A stretch of DNA of 60,283 bases from a virus (lineage: Duplodnaviria > Caudoviricetes), in the IMG/VR virus record IMGVR_UViG_3300021086_000005, positions 1 to 60,283 of that record; one strand, 5' to 3'. The notes beneath the pieces were generated by a model. That model worked only from the letters and a program-made list of their open reading frames with translations, was not told the DNA's origin and searched no databases. The position numbers and the translations under genes are program-made. Within the stretch, counting starts at the first letter, position 1. Every line of letters begins with the position of its first letter. This document shows, piece by piece, positions 34,696 to 43,870 of this stretch.

Positions 34696-36104
34696 CCGCG
34701 GCGCTCGCGGACCGCCCGGTGCACGTGGTGCGGTACGAACCCCGCGGCGCCGCACGGGACCTCATGTCCAACCGCGAACCCGTCGTGCTCCTCAGCGGAC
34801 CGGCCGGCACCGGCAAGAGTTTGGCCGCCCTGTTCAAGCTCCACCTCGCGTGCCTGCAACGCCCGGAGCTCCGCGGACTCATCGTCCGCCAAACCCACGT
34901 GTCGCTCACCTCGACGACGCTGATCACGTTCGAGCAGGAAGTCATCGCCGCCGCACTAACCCAAGGCATCGTCCGCTGGTTCGGTGGCAGCTCCCGCCAA
35001 CCCGCCGCGTACCGGTACGCCAACGGGTCCAGCATCGTCGTCGGCGGCTTGGACAAACCCGAGAAGTTCCTGTCGTCGCAGTACGACCGGGTCGTGGTCG
35101 ACGAGGCAACCGAGATCACCGAGGGCGCACTCGAAACGCTGATCACCCGACTCCGTGCCCCGACCCCGACATACAAGCAGATCGTGTTGTGCTGCAACCC
35201 CGACGCACCGCAGCACTGGCTGAACCAGCGCGCCACCAAGGGTGCCCTGCCGATGCTCCACTCGCGGCACCGCGACAACCCGGCCTACTTCAACCCTGAT
35301 GGGTCGATGACCGCGCGCGGCGCCGACTACATGCTGAAGCTCGACGCCCTCACCGGTGTCCGGCGGCTGCGGTACAGGGACGGCATCTGGGCCGCGGCTG
35401 AGGGTGTCATCTACGACACGTTCGACCCGAATCTGCACCTCGTGCCATTGCCCACCTTCAGCGCTGACACCGAACTGTGCTCCGCTGGGCTGCCGTGGTC
35501 GTGGATGAGGTTCTGGGCGATCGACTTCGGATATACCCACCCCTTCGTGCTGCAACGGTGGGCACTCGACGCGGACGGCCGCATGTGGCGGTACGCCGAG
35601 ATCTACCGCACCCAACGCCTCGTTGAGGACCACGCCGCCGACGTGATGGGGCAGGTATCCCGCGAAGGCCGCGCCGAGGACGGCATGGCCGGGAAGCGGC
35701 AGTGGACCGAACCGCAACCGCAAGCCGTGGTGTGCGACCACGACGCCGAAGGCCGCGCCACCTTCGAAGAGAAAACCGGGCTGCCGACGACCGCGGCGAA
35801 GAAGGCCGTCAAGGAAGGCATCGAGGCCGTCAAGTCCCGGCTCAAGGTCGCCGGCGACGGGAAGCCGCGCCTGTTCCTGGTTCAGGGCGCCTGCACCAGC
35901 CGTGACCAGTCGCTGATCGATCGGACGATGCCGACGTGCACCGAGGACGAGATCGGTAGCTACGTGTGGGACGGCCGCAAAGGCCGCGACACCGACGGCA
36001 AGGAGCAGCCGGTCAAGGTCGGTGACGACGGCTGTGACACGAAGCGGTACGCGGTCGCGCATGTCGATTTCGGCCGGACGAAGTGGATGAGGTGGGTCGC
36101 GTGA
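34692..36104 (+). CDS. terL: Terminase large subunit
   Basis: Walker A GPAGTGKS, Walker B VVVDEA, CNP, nuclease IDFG...DDGCDTKRY. Confidence 0.95.
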   Translation: MTAALADRPVHVVRYEPRGAARDLMSNREPVVLLSGPAGTGKSLAALFKLHLACLQRPELRGLIVRQTHVSLTSTTLITFEQEVIAAALTQGIVRWFGGSSRQPAAYRYANGSSIVVGGLDKPEKFLSSQYDRVVVDEATEITEGALETLITRLRAPTPTYKQIVLCCNPDAPQHWLNQRATKGALPMLHSRHRDNPAYFNPDGSMTARGADYMLKLDALTGVRRLRYRDGIWAAAEGVIYDTFDPNLHLVPLPTFSADTELCSAGLPWSWMRFWAIDFGYTHPFVLQRWALDADGRMWRYAEIYRTQRLVEDHAADVMGQVSREGRAEDGMAGKRQWTEPQPQAVVCDHDAEGRATFEEKTGLPTTAAKKAVKEGIEAVKSRLKVAGDGKPRLFLVQGACTSRDQSLIDRTMPTCTEDEIGSYVWDGRKGRDTDGKEQPVKVGDDGCDTKRYAVAHVDFGRTKWMRWVA

Positions 36105-36421
36105 CCGTCCTAACCAACGGCGCACCCGTCGTCCACCGCGGCTCCGTGCTGTCCGCCTACCTACCGAAGCCGCGCATAAAGGCCGACAACCGCAGTCACC
36201 CCGCGGCGCCGGCCCGCGAGCGTGTCTCACTGCGCACCCGGTTGCGTGGCCACGCCGGGGCGATCAAGGACTTCGTCGTCACCACCGTCGCGTTCGGATT
36301 CGGTGTCACCGCCGCGTTCCAGTGGCACCCGTGGGCCGGGTTCCTTTCCATCGGCATCAGCCTGTTCCTGATCGACCACGCTGTGGATCGTGGGGAGGCG
36401 CCGGATGTCGGCACTCCGTAA
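36101..36421 (+). CDS. Small membrane protein before portal
   Basis: Two C-terminal hydrophobic segments. Confidence 0.6.
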   Translation: MTVLTNGAPVVHRGSVLSAYLPKPRIKADNRSHPAAPARERVSLRTRLRGHAGAIKDFVVTTVAFGFGVTAAFQWHPWAGFLSIGISLFLIDHAVDRGEAPDVGTP

Positions 36422-37709
36422 CCTCACCCGCCGCCGGCCGGCCAACCTCGCTCCGACAGGCCAGCAGCCACGCGTCCCGATGGTGGGCAAAGGGTTCCGC
36501 GCTGCGATGACATCCCTATACGGCACCAGCGACGCCGAGCAGCAGATGGAGATGTACGGACGCTCCGGGACCTTGTTCTCGACGGTGTCGTTCAACGCCG
36601 GCTCGTTCTCGACGGTGCCATGGCGCATGTTCCGCACCCACGACGGCCGCGGCCGTATCTCCGGGCCCGACCCGCGCACCGAAGTCACCAAGCACGCCGC
36701 GCTGGACATGTGGCGCAAACCCAACAAGTGGATGCCGGGCCAACTGTTCCGGGAGTCGTTCGGGCAGCACGTCGAACTGACCGGGCTCGGATTCTGGGTG
36801 ATCTCGTTCGCCGGGTCCATCCCCGCATCGATGTGGCCTGTGCGGCCGGACCGGATCCAACCGGTCCCGGACGTGAAGGAGTTCATCGCTGGCTGGGTGT
36901 ACACCGGGCCGGACGGGGAAACGGTGCCGCTGAAAACCAACGAGGTGATTTGGCTGCGGCAACCCGCGCCACTCAACATCTATGGCGGTATGGGCGCGGT
37001 GGAGCCGTTGATGCCGGACATCGAGTCGTCGCGGTACATCTCGCAGTGGCAGAGGAACTTCTTCCAGAACAGCGCGAACCCCGGCGGGTTCGTCCAGTTC
37101 CCGGAGGGCGTCAGGCTCAGCGACGAAACTTTCGATGACCTGGTGGAGCGGTGGGCTGAGCAGCACCAAGGCATCCAACGCGCACACCGGGTGGCGTTCC
37201 TCGAAATGGGCGCCACGTTCCAGTCCAGCGACCTGTCGATGCAGGACATGCAGTTCTCCGAACTGCGCCAGGACGGCCGGGACATCATCTATGAGGGCTA
37301 CGGCACCTCCAAAGCGATGCTCGGCGTGGTGGAGGACGTCAACCGCTCCAACATCGAGGGCTCCGAGTACATCTACGCCCAGTACCGGTTGACATTGAAA
37401 CTGATGCGGGTGCGGGACGTGTTGAACACCCAGTTCCTGCCGCTGTTCGGGTCGACCGGTGGTGGTGTCGAGTTCGACTTCGACAACCCGGTCCCGAAGA
37501 ACTGGCAGGCCGACGCCGCGACCACGAACGCCAACGCGAGCGCGGCCGCGAAGCTCGTCGCCGCCGGTTACGACCCAGATGATGTGGCGAAGGCGATGTC
37601 GCTGCCGAACATCAAGCACACCGGGGTGATCCCGGCGACGGTGATGCCGCCGCAGCTTCCGGCTGGCGAAACGTACGAGCCCGCCACTACCGAGAAGGAG
37701 GCGGCGTGA
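36405..37709 (+). CDS. Portal protein (HK97-like)
   Basis: MWPVRPDRI, RNFFQNSANPGG, DMQFSELR motifs. Confidence 0.93.
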   Translation: MSALRNLTRRRPANLAPTGQQPRVPMVGKGFRAAMTSLYGTSDAEQQMEMYGRSGTLFSTVSFNAGSFSTVPWRMFRTHDGRGRISGPDPRTEVTKHAALDMWRKPNKWMPGQLFRESFGQHVELTGLGFWVISFAGSIPASMWPVRPDRIQPVPDVKEFIAGWVYTGPDGETVPLKTNEVIWLRQPAPLNIYGGMGAVEPLMPDIESSRYISQWQRNFFQNSANPGGFVQFPEGVRLSDETFDDLVERWAEQHQGIQRAHRVAFLEMGATFQSSDLSMQDMQFSELRQDGRDIIYEGYGTSKAMLGVVEDVNRSNIEGSEYIYAQYRLTLKLMRVRDVLNTQFLPLFGSTGGGVEFDFDNPVPKNWQADAATTNANASAAAKLVAAGYDPDDVAKAMSLPNIKHTGVIPATVMPPQLPAGETYEPATTEKEAA

Positions 37710-38044
37710 TGGCCGACCGGTCCATTCACGACTTCACCGTCACGCTCAACACCCGCGACACGAAGGCCGCGAAGGTGGTACTGCACCTGGACCGCGACGG
37801 CCAGCCGCGCCTGACGATCGCGGTCGGCACGGACCAGTTGGTGTGGGTGTGCGAGGACGACGACTACTTCACGCAGGGCTACCGGTCGACGTTGGCGCGC
37901 ACGATCGTGGACTGTCACACCGCTGGCTGGTCGTTCGAGTTGTTGGCGCGGGAGTTGGGTGTGTCCGTGGCGCAGGCCGAACAGATCCACGCGGACGCGG
38001 TCGCGGAAGCCGCCGAGAAGGCACTCGCCGGGGTGGGTGCGTGA
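37706..38044 (+). CDS. Hypothetical protein inserted in head module
   Basis: GGAGG RBS; C-terminal HTH-like GWSFELLARELGVS. Confidence 0.55.
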   Translation: MMADRSIHDFTVTLNTRDTKAAKVVLHLDRDGQPRLTIAVGTDQLVWVCEDDDYFTQGYRSTLARTIVDCHTAGWSFELLARELGVSVAQAEQIHADAVAEAAEKALAGVGA

Positions 38045-38274
38045 TGGGCGTGTCCCGTGGCCAGATCGAGGTGGTGTCCGATCAGGAACTGCCGCATGTG
38101 CAGGTGCTTCGGCTCCAGTCGGGCGACGTGGTGGTTTTCCATGTCGACCAGCGCATGAGCGATGAGATGTACGACCACACCATCACGCAGACCAAGGAAC
38201 AGTTCCCGGGCCACCAGGTGCTTGTCCTCGACGGCGGCATGAAGCTGTCCGTGGTGCGAAGGGACGGCGATTGA
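38044..38274 (+). CDS. Hypothetical protein
   Basis: Coupled to neighbours. Confidence 0.55.
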   Translation: MGVSRGQIEVVSDQELPHVQVLRLQSGDVVVFHVDQRMSDEMYDHTITQTKEQFPGHQVLVLDGGMKLSVVRRDGD

Positions 38275-39452
38275 TGCCCGCCATCGGTTCGCACAGCACC
38301 GCGACGGTCGACACGCCTTGGGACGGGCCAGCCGCGGTCGCGGCGATGCCCGCCGAGTACGCGACTCTGCACTACTGCCACGCCTGGTGGTCCCAGGACG
38401 CCGCCGATTCCAGCCACACCGCTGGTGACGGTGACGCCGACGACCAGAAGGGTTCGTACAAGTTTCCGCACCACACCACGAAGGGCGGTCCGGCGAACAT
38501 CCCCGGCTGCCGTAACGGCTTGGCGCGGCTGGAGGGCTCGTCCATCCCGGACGGCGACAAGCCGGGGGTGCGGTCGCATCTCCAGGCGCACATCAGCGAC
38601 GCGAACAAGGGATCGGACAACATGCGGAATGTCATCGTGATCCCCGGCGAGTTGCGTGCCTTCCGCACGGCCCGCCCGGTCGCGTCGCTGCGGCAGGGAC
38701 GCAACGACTGGTTCCGGTTCGAGAACGCAGCCGACGACGGCCCGGCGAAGGTGTTCATCTACGACGAGATCGGCTACTGGGGTGTCACCGCCTCCGACTT
38801 GGTCGCGGCACTCACCCAACTGAACTCGCCGGCGATCGAACTGCACATCAACTCGCCGGGTGGGGATGCGTTCGACGGCATCACGATCATGAACGCGTTG
38901 GCCTCGCACCCGGCGTCGGTGCACGGTGTGATCGACGGGTTGGCGGCGAGTGCGGCGTCGATCATCGCGATGGGTTGTGACTCGCTGACCGTGATGCCCG
39001 GTTCGCAGGTGATGATTCACAACGCGTCGGGGATGTGCATCGGGAACGCCGCCGATATGAAGCAGATGGCGGGTGTCCTCGACGGACTCGACGGAAGCCT
39101 CGCCGGTCTGTACGCGCAGCGCGCCGGTGGGGATGTCGCGACGTGGCGGGCAGCGATGGCCGCGGAGACCTGGTACACCGCCGACGAAGCCGTCGCGGCA
39201 GGACTGGCTGACCACGTCGGCGGACCGCAGCGCGCACCTGCCGCCATGCCGGACAACTCGTGGGACCTGTCCATCTATGCCTACGCCGGCCGGGCGCAGG
39301 CCCCAGCCCCGGTGCCGCCGGTCGCGGTCAGCCCCCCGGTCGTGCCGGTGGCGCCGGTCCCAATCCCTGAACCGGTCGCCCCAAAGGTCGACATCGCAGC
39401 AGCCGTCGCCGCGCTCCGCGGCGCGTTCGCAACCGAAGGAGGCGCGGCCTGA
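38274..39452 (+). CDS. ClpP-type head maturation protease with N-terminal extra domain
   Basis: INSPGG, AASAAS, MIHNA, ETWYTADEAV..GLAD. Confidence 0.92.
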   Translation: MPAIGSHSTATVDTPWDGPAAVAAMPAEYATLHYCHAWWSQDAADSSHTAGDGDADDQKGSYKFPHHTTKGGPANIPGCRNGLARLEGSSIPDGDKPGVRSHLQAHISDANKGSDNMRNVIVIPGELRAFRTARPVASLRQGRNDWFRFENAADDGPAKVFIYDEIGYWGVTASDLVAALTQLNSPAIELHINSPGGDAFDGITIMNALASHPASVHGVIDGLAASAASIIAMGCDSLTVMPGSQVMIHNASGMCIGNAADMKQMAGVLDGLDGSLAGLYAQRAGGDVATWRAAMAAETWYTADEAVAAGLADHVGGPQRAPAAMPDNSWDLSIYAYAGRAQAPAPVPPVAVSPPVVPVAPVPIPEPVAPKVDIAAAVAALRGAFATEGGAA

Positions 39453-40825
39453 TGACCGCTCCAGCCATCCCCCAGACCGCCGCCGAGTTCGAAGACGCCC
39501 TCGCCGACGGCCCCCGCGTCACCAAGATGATCGCCGACGGCGAGTTCGGGGCGTTCACCAAGGCATACGCCGAGAAGATGACCTCGAAGAACGAGGAGAT
39601 CGTCACCCAGTTCCACGAGCAGCTCCAGGCGGGCCTGCGGGACTTCCTCATCGAGTCGGGTGAGAAGGTCGGGAAGCTGGACCTGTCCGATGTGCGCAAG
39701 GCGAAGGCCGGCCGGCGCATGGGACTCACGAACCAGGACAAGGGGCAGTTCCACAACCCGAAGGCACCCGGCGCCGCACTGGACAAGCTGTACGAGACCC
39801 CGGTGGACTTCTTCCACACCGCGTGGCACCTCAACGCGGAGATGCTCCCCAACGGTGACGAACTGCGGGCACGCGCCGGGAAGCACCGGGAGATCGTCAA
39901 CGCCGCCTCGTCCGCGATCCCGTCGGACGGCGGGTTCCTGATCCCGGAAATCCTGCGGTCGGAGATCCTCCAGCTCGCGCTCGAAGGCGCCGTGGTCCGC
40001 CCGTACGCCACCGTGATCCCGATGGACTCCCTGAAGGTCCCGATCCCCGCGGTCGACGAGTCCAGCCGTGTGTCGAGCATTTTCGGTGGCATCACGTTCC
40101 AGTGGACCCCGGAAGGCGCGCCGCTCACCGACACCAGCGCGAAGTTCGGGCAGATCACGCTGGACGCGAAGAAGCTCACCGGCTACGCCGGCATCCCCAA
40201 CGAACTACTGGCCGACTCGGCCGCGTTCACCGCATGGTTCCAGGCGAAGTTCCCCCTCGGCTGGGGCTGGTTCGAGGACCTCGGATTCCTCACCGGTGAC
40301 GGTGTCGCGAAGCCGCAGGGCATCGTCACCGCGCCCGGCGCGGTGCTGCAATCTCGGGGCACGTCGAACACGATCGTCTACGACGACATCGTCAAGATGT
40401 ACTCAAGGATGTACCCGTCGTCGATGCGGAACGCCCGCTGGGTCGCGGCGATCGACACGTTCCCGCAGCTCGCGGAACTGTCGTTCACCCCATCTGGTGG
40501 TTCGACTCCGGTGCCGGTGATGTTGTGGCAGATGAACGCGATCGGCGCGCCGGTGCTGACGCTGATGGGCCGGCCGATCGAGTTCACCGAGAAGGTCGGG
40601 CCGCTCGGCTCGCAGGGCGACCTGGGTCTGTACGACTTCTCCGAGTACCTGATCGGTGACCGGCAGGCCATGCAGATGCAGTCCAGCAACGATTACCTGT
40701 TCGGGACGGACAAGACGGCGTTCCGGGTGATCGGCCGCGTGGACGGTCAGCCGTGGCTGCGGACCGCGATCACCCCGGCGAACGGATCAGCGAAGACGTT
40801 GTCCCCGTACGTGGTGCTCGTCTGA
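39452..40825 (+). CDS. Major capsid protein (HK97 fold)
   Basis: DGGFLIPE, FLTGDG..KPQGI, TAFRVIGRVDGQP. Confidence 0.95.
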   Translation: MTAPAIPQTAAEFEDALADGPRVTKMIADGEFGAFTKAYAEKMTSKNEEIVTQFHEQLQAGLRDFLIESGEKVGKLDLSDVRKAKAGRRMGLTNQDKGQFHNPKAPGAALDKLYETPVDFFHTAWHLNAEMLPNGDELRARAGKHREIVNAASSAIPSDGGFLIPEILRSEILQLALEGAVVRPYATVIPMDSLKVPIPAVDESSRVSSIFGGITFQWTPEGAPLTDTSAKFGQITLDAKKLTGYAGIPNELLADSAAFTAWFQAKFPLGWGWFEDLGFLTGDGVAKPQGIVTAPGAVLQSRGTSNTIVYDDIVKMYSRMYPSSMRNARWVAAIDTFPQLAELSFTPSGGSTPVPVMLWQMNAIGAPVLTLMGRPIEFTEKVGPLGSQGDLGLYDFSEYLIGDRQAMQMQSSNDYLFGTDKTAFRVIGRVDGQPWLRTAITPANGSAKTLSPYVVLV

Positions 40826-40830
40826 TCGAC

Positions 40831-40858
40831 CGCCCGGCGGTCACCCCGGCCGCCGGGC
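40831..40858 (+). terminator. Hairpin after capsid gene
   Basis: GCCCGGCGGTC...GGCCGCCGGGC followed by ACCTTT. Confidence 0.5.
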
Positions 40859-40895
40859 ACCTTTGTTCCACCGGAACTGAAACGGAAGGCTCGAC

Positions 40896-41405
40896 ATGCT
40901 GAAGCTCGGATACACCGTCGACATCGGACCACTGTGGGCACCGGTCGACCTCCACACGGCCGGTGCGACTGGTCTGCGGGTCTCACTGAAGAACGCCCGG
41001 TCCTGCATCTTCGTCGTGTCCCTCGCCGCCGCGGCGTCCGGCACCGACGACCTGGTGTTCACCCTCAACGAGCACACCGCGAAGACCGCTGGCACCACAC
41101 AGGTGTTCTCGAACATCACCACCGCGTGGGTGAAGTCCGCGACGACGCTGGCCGGTACCGAAGCGTGGGTGAAGACCACCCAGGCGGTGGGGTCGACGTT
41201 CACGCTCCCGGGCGCCACGTACGCGACGAAGCAGGTGGAGCTGGCGATCCAGGTCAATGCCCCGGATCTGGATGCGACGTTCAACTACGTGTCCCTGTCG
41301 GTCGCCGCGACCGCAGTGGTCGCTCGGCTCGGTTCGGGTTTGACGCTGCTGACGGACTTGCAGAAGCGGTTCGACCCGGCGTCGATGCCCGCGACCCTGG
41401 TGTGA
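40896..41405 (+). CDS. Virion protein (possible capsid decoration)
   Basis: Beta-rich, directly after MCP. Confidence 0.55.
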   Translation: MLKLGYTVDIGPLWAPVDLHTAGATGLRVSLKNARSCIFVVSLAAAASGTDDLVFTLNEHTAKTAGTTQVFSNITTAWVKSATTLAGTEAWVKTTQAVGSTFTLPGATYATKQVELAIQVNAPDLDATFNYVSLSVAATAVVARLGSGLTLLTDLQKRFDPASMPATLV

Positions 41406-41417
41406 GCGGAGGGAATC

Positions 41418-41756
41418 ATGCAGGACTTTGGTGGTCACCCGCCGTTCGCGCACAACCCGCACGTCTACGACGGTGTGGACCCGGCCGGGAATCCGGCGAC
41501 GGCGATGGTGGTGCACAGCGGTGCCATCGTCGAGGCACCGGTGGTCGAAGACGCACCGCCCATCGAGCCCGACGAGGACGCATCGACCGATGTGGACGGC
41601 GACGGCCAGATCACCGGCTACGAACTGTTCACGAAGGCGGACCTGGTCACCGAGTGCGAGAACCGGGGGCTTCCCACGTCGGGGAATAAGCCGGATCTCG
41701 TGGCCCGGTTGCAGGAAGCGGACAAGCCCGCGGCGCCGGTTGAGAACGGCGGCTAG
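41418..41756 (+). CDS. SAP-domain protein
   Basis: TKADLVTECENRGLPTSGNKPDLVARL. Confidence 0.75.
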   Translation: MQDFGGHPPFAHNPHVYDGVDPAGNPATAMVVHSGAIVEAPVVEDAPPIEPDEDASTDVDGDGQITGYELFTKADLVTECENRGLPTSGNKPDLVARLQEADKPAAPVENGG

Positions 41757-41758
41757 CG

Positions 41759-41968
41759 ATGGCTGGTAACGGGGGTGCCGGGTGGTACGGACTGCTCGGC
41801 ATCCTCCAAGCCGGCCGGGAGGTGCGGCGCGAGTTCCGGGAACGTGACCCGGTCGCCTGCCCGCACTGCGGCGAACCCGTCCGGGCCGGCGGTGAGGACG
41901 GTGTCCTGTTCTGCAAGTTCGACGGCTGGCGGTGGGACGGCAGCGTAGAGGACGCACAACCGCGTTGA
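41759..41968 (+). CDS. Small Zn-ribbon protein
   Basis: ACPHCGEP...LFCKFDGW. Confidence 0.65.
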   Translation: MAGNGGAGWYGLLGILQAGREVRREFRERDPVACPHCGEPVRAGGEDGVLFCKFDGWRWDGSVEDAQPR

Positions 41969-41989
41969 CATTGATGAAGGGAGGACAGC

Positions 41990-43834
41990 ATGAGCGCCAC
42001 GGGCTACACGGGCAGCGACCCGGCACTCGTCAGGAAGATTGGCGACACGATGACTGGTGCGCTCGTGCTGTCGGCGGACCCACTGCTCCCGCTGGGTGCC
42101 GCGACGAGACAGTACGTCCTCAATGCCCTCTCTAGCGAAGGCGTCGGCGAACTGAGCGCCGCCAACAATCTCAGTGACGTCGCCAGTGTGCCAACTGCGC
42201 GAACCAACCTCGGGCTCGGCGGGGCAGCCACGGAGAACGTGGGCACAACGGCCGGTACCGTCGCGGCGGGCAACGATTCCCGCATCACAGGCGCGATCCA
42301 GTCCGGCGCAACAGCTGGAGGCGACCTGGGCGGCACACTGCCCAGCCCGACCGTGGTCGCGACACATCTCGCCTCTCCGCTACCCATCGCCCAGGGCGGC
42401 ACCGGGTCAGGCACCCAGTCCTTCGTGGACCTGACCACCGCGCAGACGGTGGCCGGGGTCAAGACGTTCAGCTCGGCGCCGATCGTCCCGAGCGCCTCGT
42501 TTCCCGAGTCCGCTGTGGCAAACCTGACTACCGATCTGGCCGCCAAGGCCACAGACACGGCGGTCGTGCACCTCGCCGGCACCGAAACGGTGACCGGTGC
42601 GAAGACCTTCACCGCCGCGCCCGTCGTGCCCGCTGCGGCGTTCCCTGAATCTGCCGTGGCAAACTTGACGACAGACCTCGCTGCGAGGCTGGTCTCGGCG
42701 AACAACCTGTCCGACGTGGGTAACACCACGACCGCACGCACCAATCTCGGCTTGGCAACGGGTGCAACGGCCGCGATCGACACCACCGCATCGGATATCG
42801 CGGCTCTCGGGACTCAGGCCGCGGGGGCCACGGGCAAACTCGCTGACGCCGGGCACGTCCACCAGATGCCGCGCCTGGACCAGGTCGCCACACCAACGGC
42901 TGCGGTGGGGCTGGGTTCCCAGAAGGTCACGTCGCTGGCCAACGGCACGGCGGCTACTGACGGTGCTGCGTTCGGGCAGATCCCGGTTGCTGGCACGGGC
43001 GCCACGAACTTCACCGTTGGGAACGCCACCGTGGCAGGCGATCTGGCAGGGACGCTACCCAATCCGACAGTGGCGAAGATCAACGGTGTCGCCATCCCAG
43101 CGAGTCCGGCCGCCACACTGCTGTCCGCGCTCGCCGGGCCACCGGTTTTCGCGGAGAGTTTCGGGGGCACCGTCGCCGCCAACTGCGACACCACTACCAG
43201 CAACTACACCAGCAGTCCCGGTGGTAGTTCCAACAACTTCGCCGGCGCTACCGCAGTGTTCGCTGCGGCCGGTGCTGACGGATACGGGCACTGCGCCAAG
43301 GTTTCCATCCCCGCCGGAGCAGGAGCGTTCGCTTTCCTGGGTACCGGGATCTCGCCGTCGCAAAGTCTGCTGTACCTGCGCCAGTACGTGCAGGTGCCGA
43401 CGCTCGCGTCGTCTCCGGTACCGATCGCGACCCTGAAGAACGGTGGCATCAACGGGACGCACTTGGGACGGATACAGATCTCCAGCACCGGCACCGGCAG
43501 TCACGTGCAGTTGCTCGACGGCTCGGACGCGGTCGCCGCTACCAGCACTCTGGCGGTGGTCGCCGGGGCGTGGATCAGGCTGGAATGGAAGGCGAACCCG
43601 GCCGGCAGCACCCAAACACTGAAGATCTTCACTGGTGCCAATTTGCACACCACGACCGTCACCGAAACCTTGTCGGCCGCGATGGGAAGCAGCAACGTCG
43701 ATTACCTGGAGCACGGCCCGACATCCAACCCGGTAACCCCGGCCACATTTTCGGTGCTGTACGACGAGGTATTGGTCCTGGTCGACGGCTATCCCGGGCC
43801 GCTGCTCCGGGCCTGGGTCAACTCCGGTACATAG
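41990..43834 (+). CDS. Fibre-like virion protein with internal repeats and C-terminal beta-sandwich
   Basis: Repeated NNLSDV...ARTNLGL, FPESAVANLTTDLAA, GDL.GTLP.PTV. Confidence 0.7.
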   Translation: MSATGYTGSDPALVRKIGDTMTGALVLSADPLLPLGAATRQYVLNALSSEGVGELSAANNLSDVASVPTARTNLGLGGAATENVGTTAGTVAAGNDSRITGAIQSGATAGGDLGGTLPSPTVVATHLASPLPIAQGGTGSGTQSFVDLTTAQTVAGVKTFSSAPIVPSASFPESAVANLTTDLAAKATDTAVVHLAGTETVTGAKTFTAAPVVPAAAFPESAVANLTTDLAARLVSANNLSDVGNTTTARTNLGLATGATAAIDTTASDIAALGTQAAGATGKLADAGHVHQMPRLDQVATPTAAVGLGSQKVTSLANGTAATDGAAFGQIPVAGTGATNFTVGNATVAGDLAGTLPNPTVAKINGVAIPASPAATLLSALAGPPVFAESFGGTVAANCDTTTSNYTSSPGGSSNNFAGATAVFAAAGADGYGHCAKVSIPAGAGAFAFLGTGISPSQSLLYLRQYVQVPTLASSPVPIATLKNGGINGTHLGRIQISSTGTGSHVQLLDGSDAVAATSTLAVVAGAWIRLEWKANPAGSTQTLKIFTGANLHTTTVTETLSAAMGSSNVDYLEHGPTSNPVTPATFSVLYDEVLVLVDGYPGPLLRAWVNSGT

Positions 43835-43870
43835 CCCACTCGAATCGCCTAAACCGACAGGAGGTGCACG

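Noticed and set aside
34956-39215. Long antisense ORFs over structural genes (also 18569..19798, 43055..44350, 58833..60008)
   Set aside because: Shadow frames expected in high-GC DNA; Arg/Pro/Gly-rich with no motifs.
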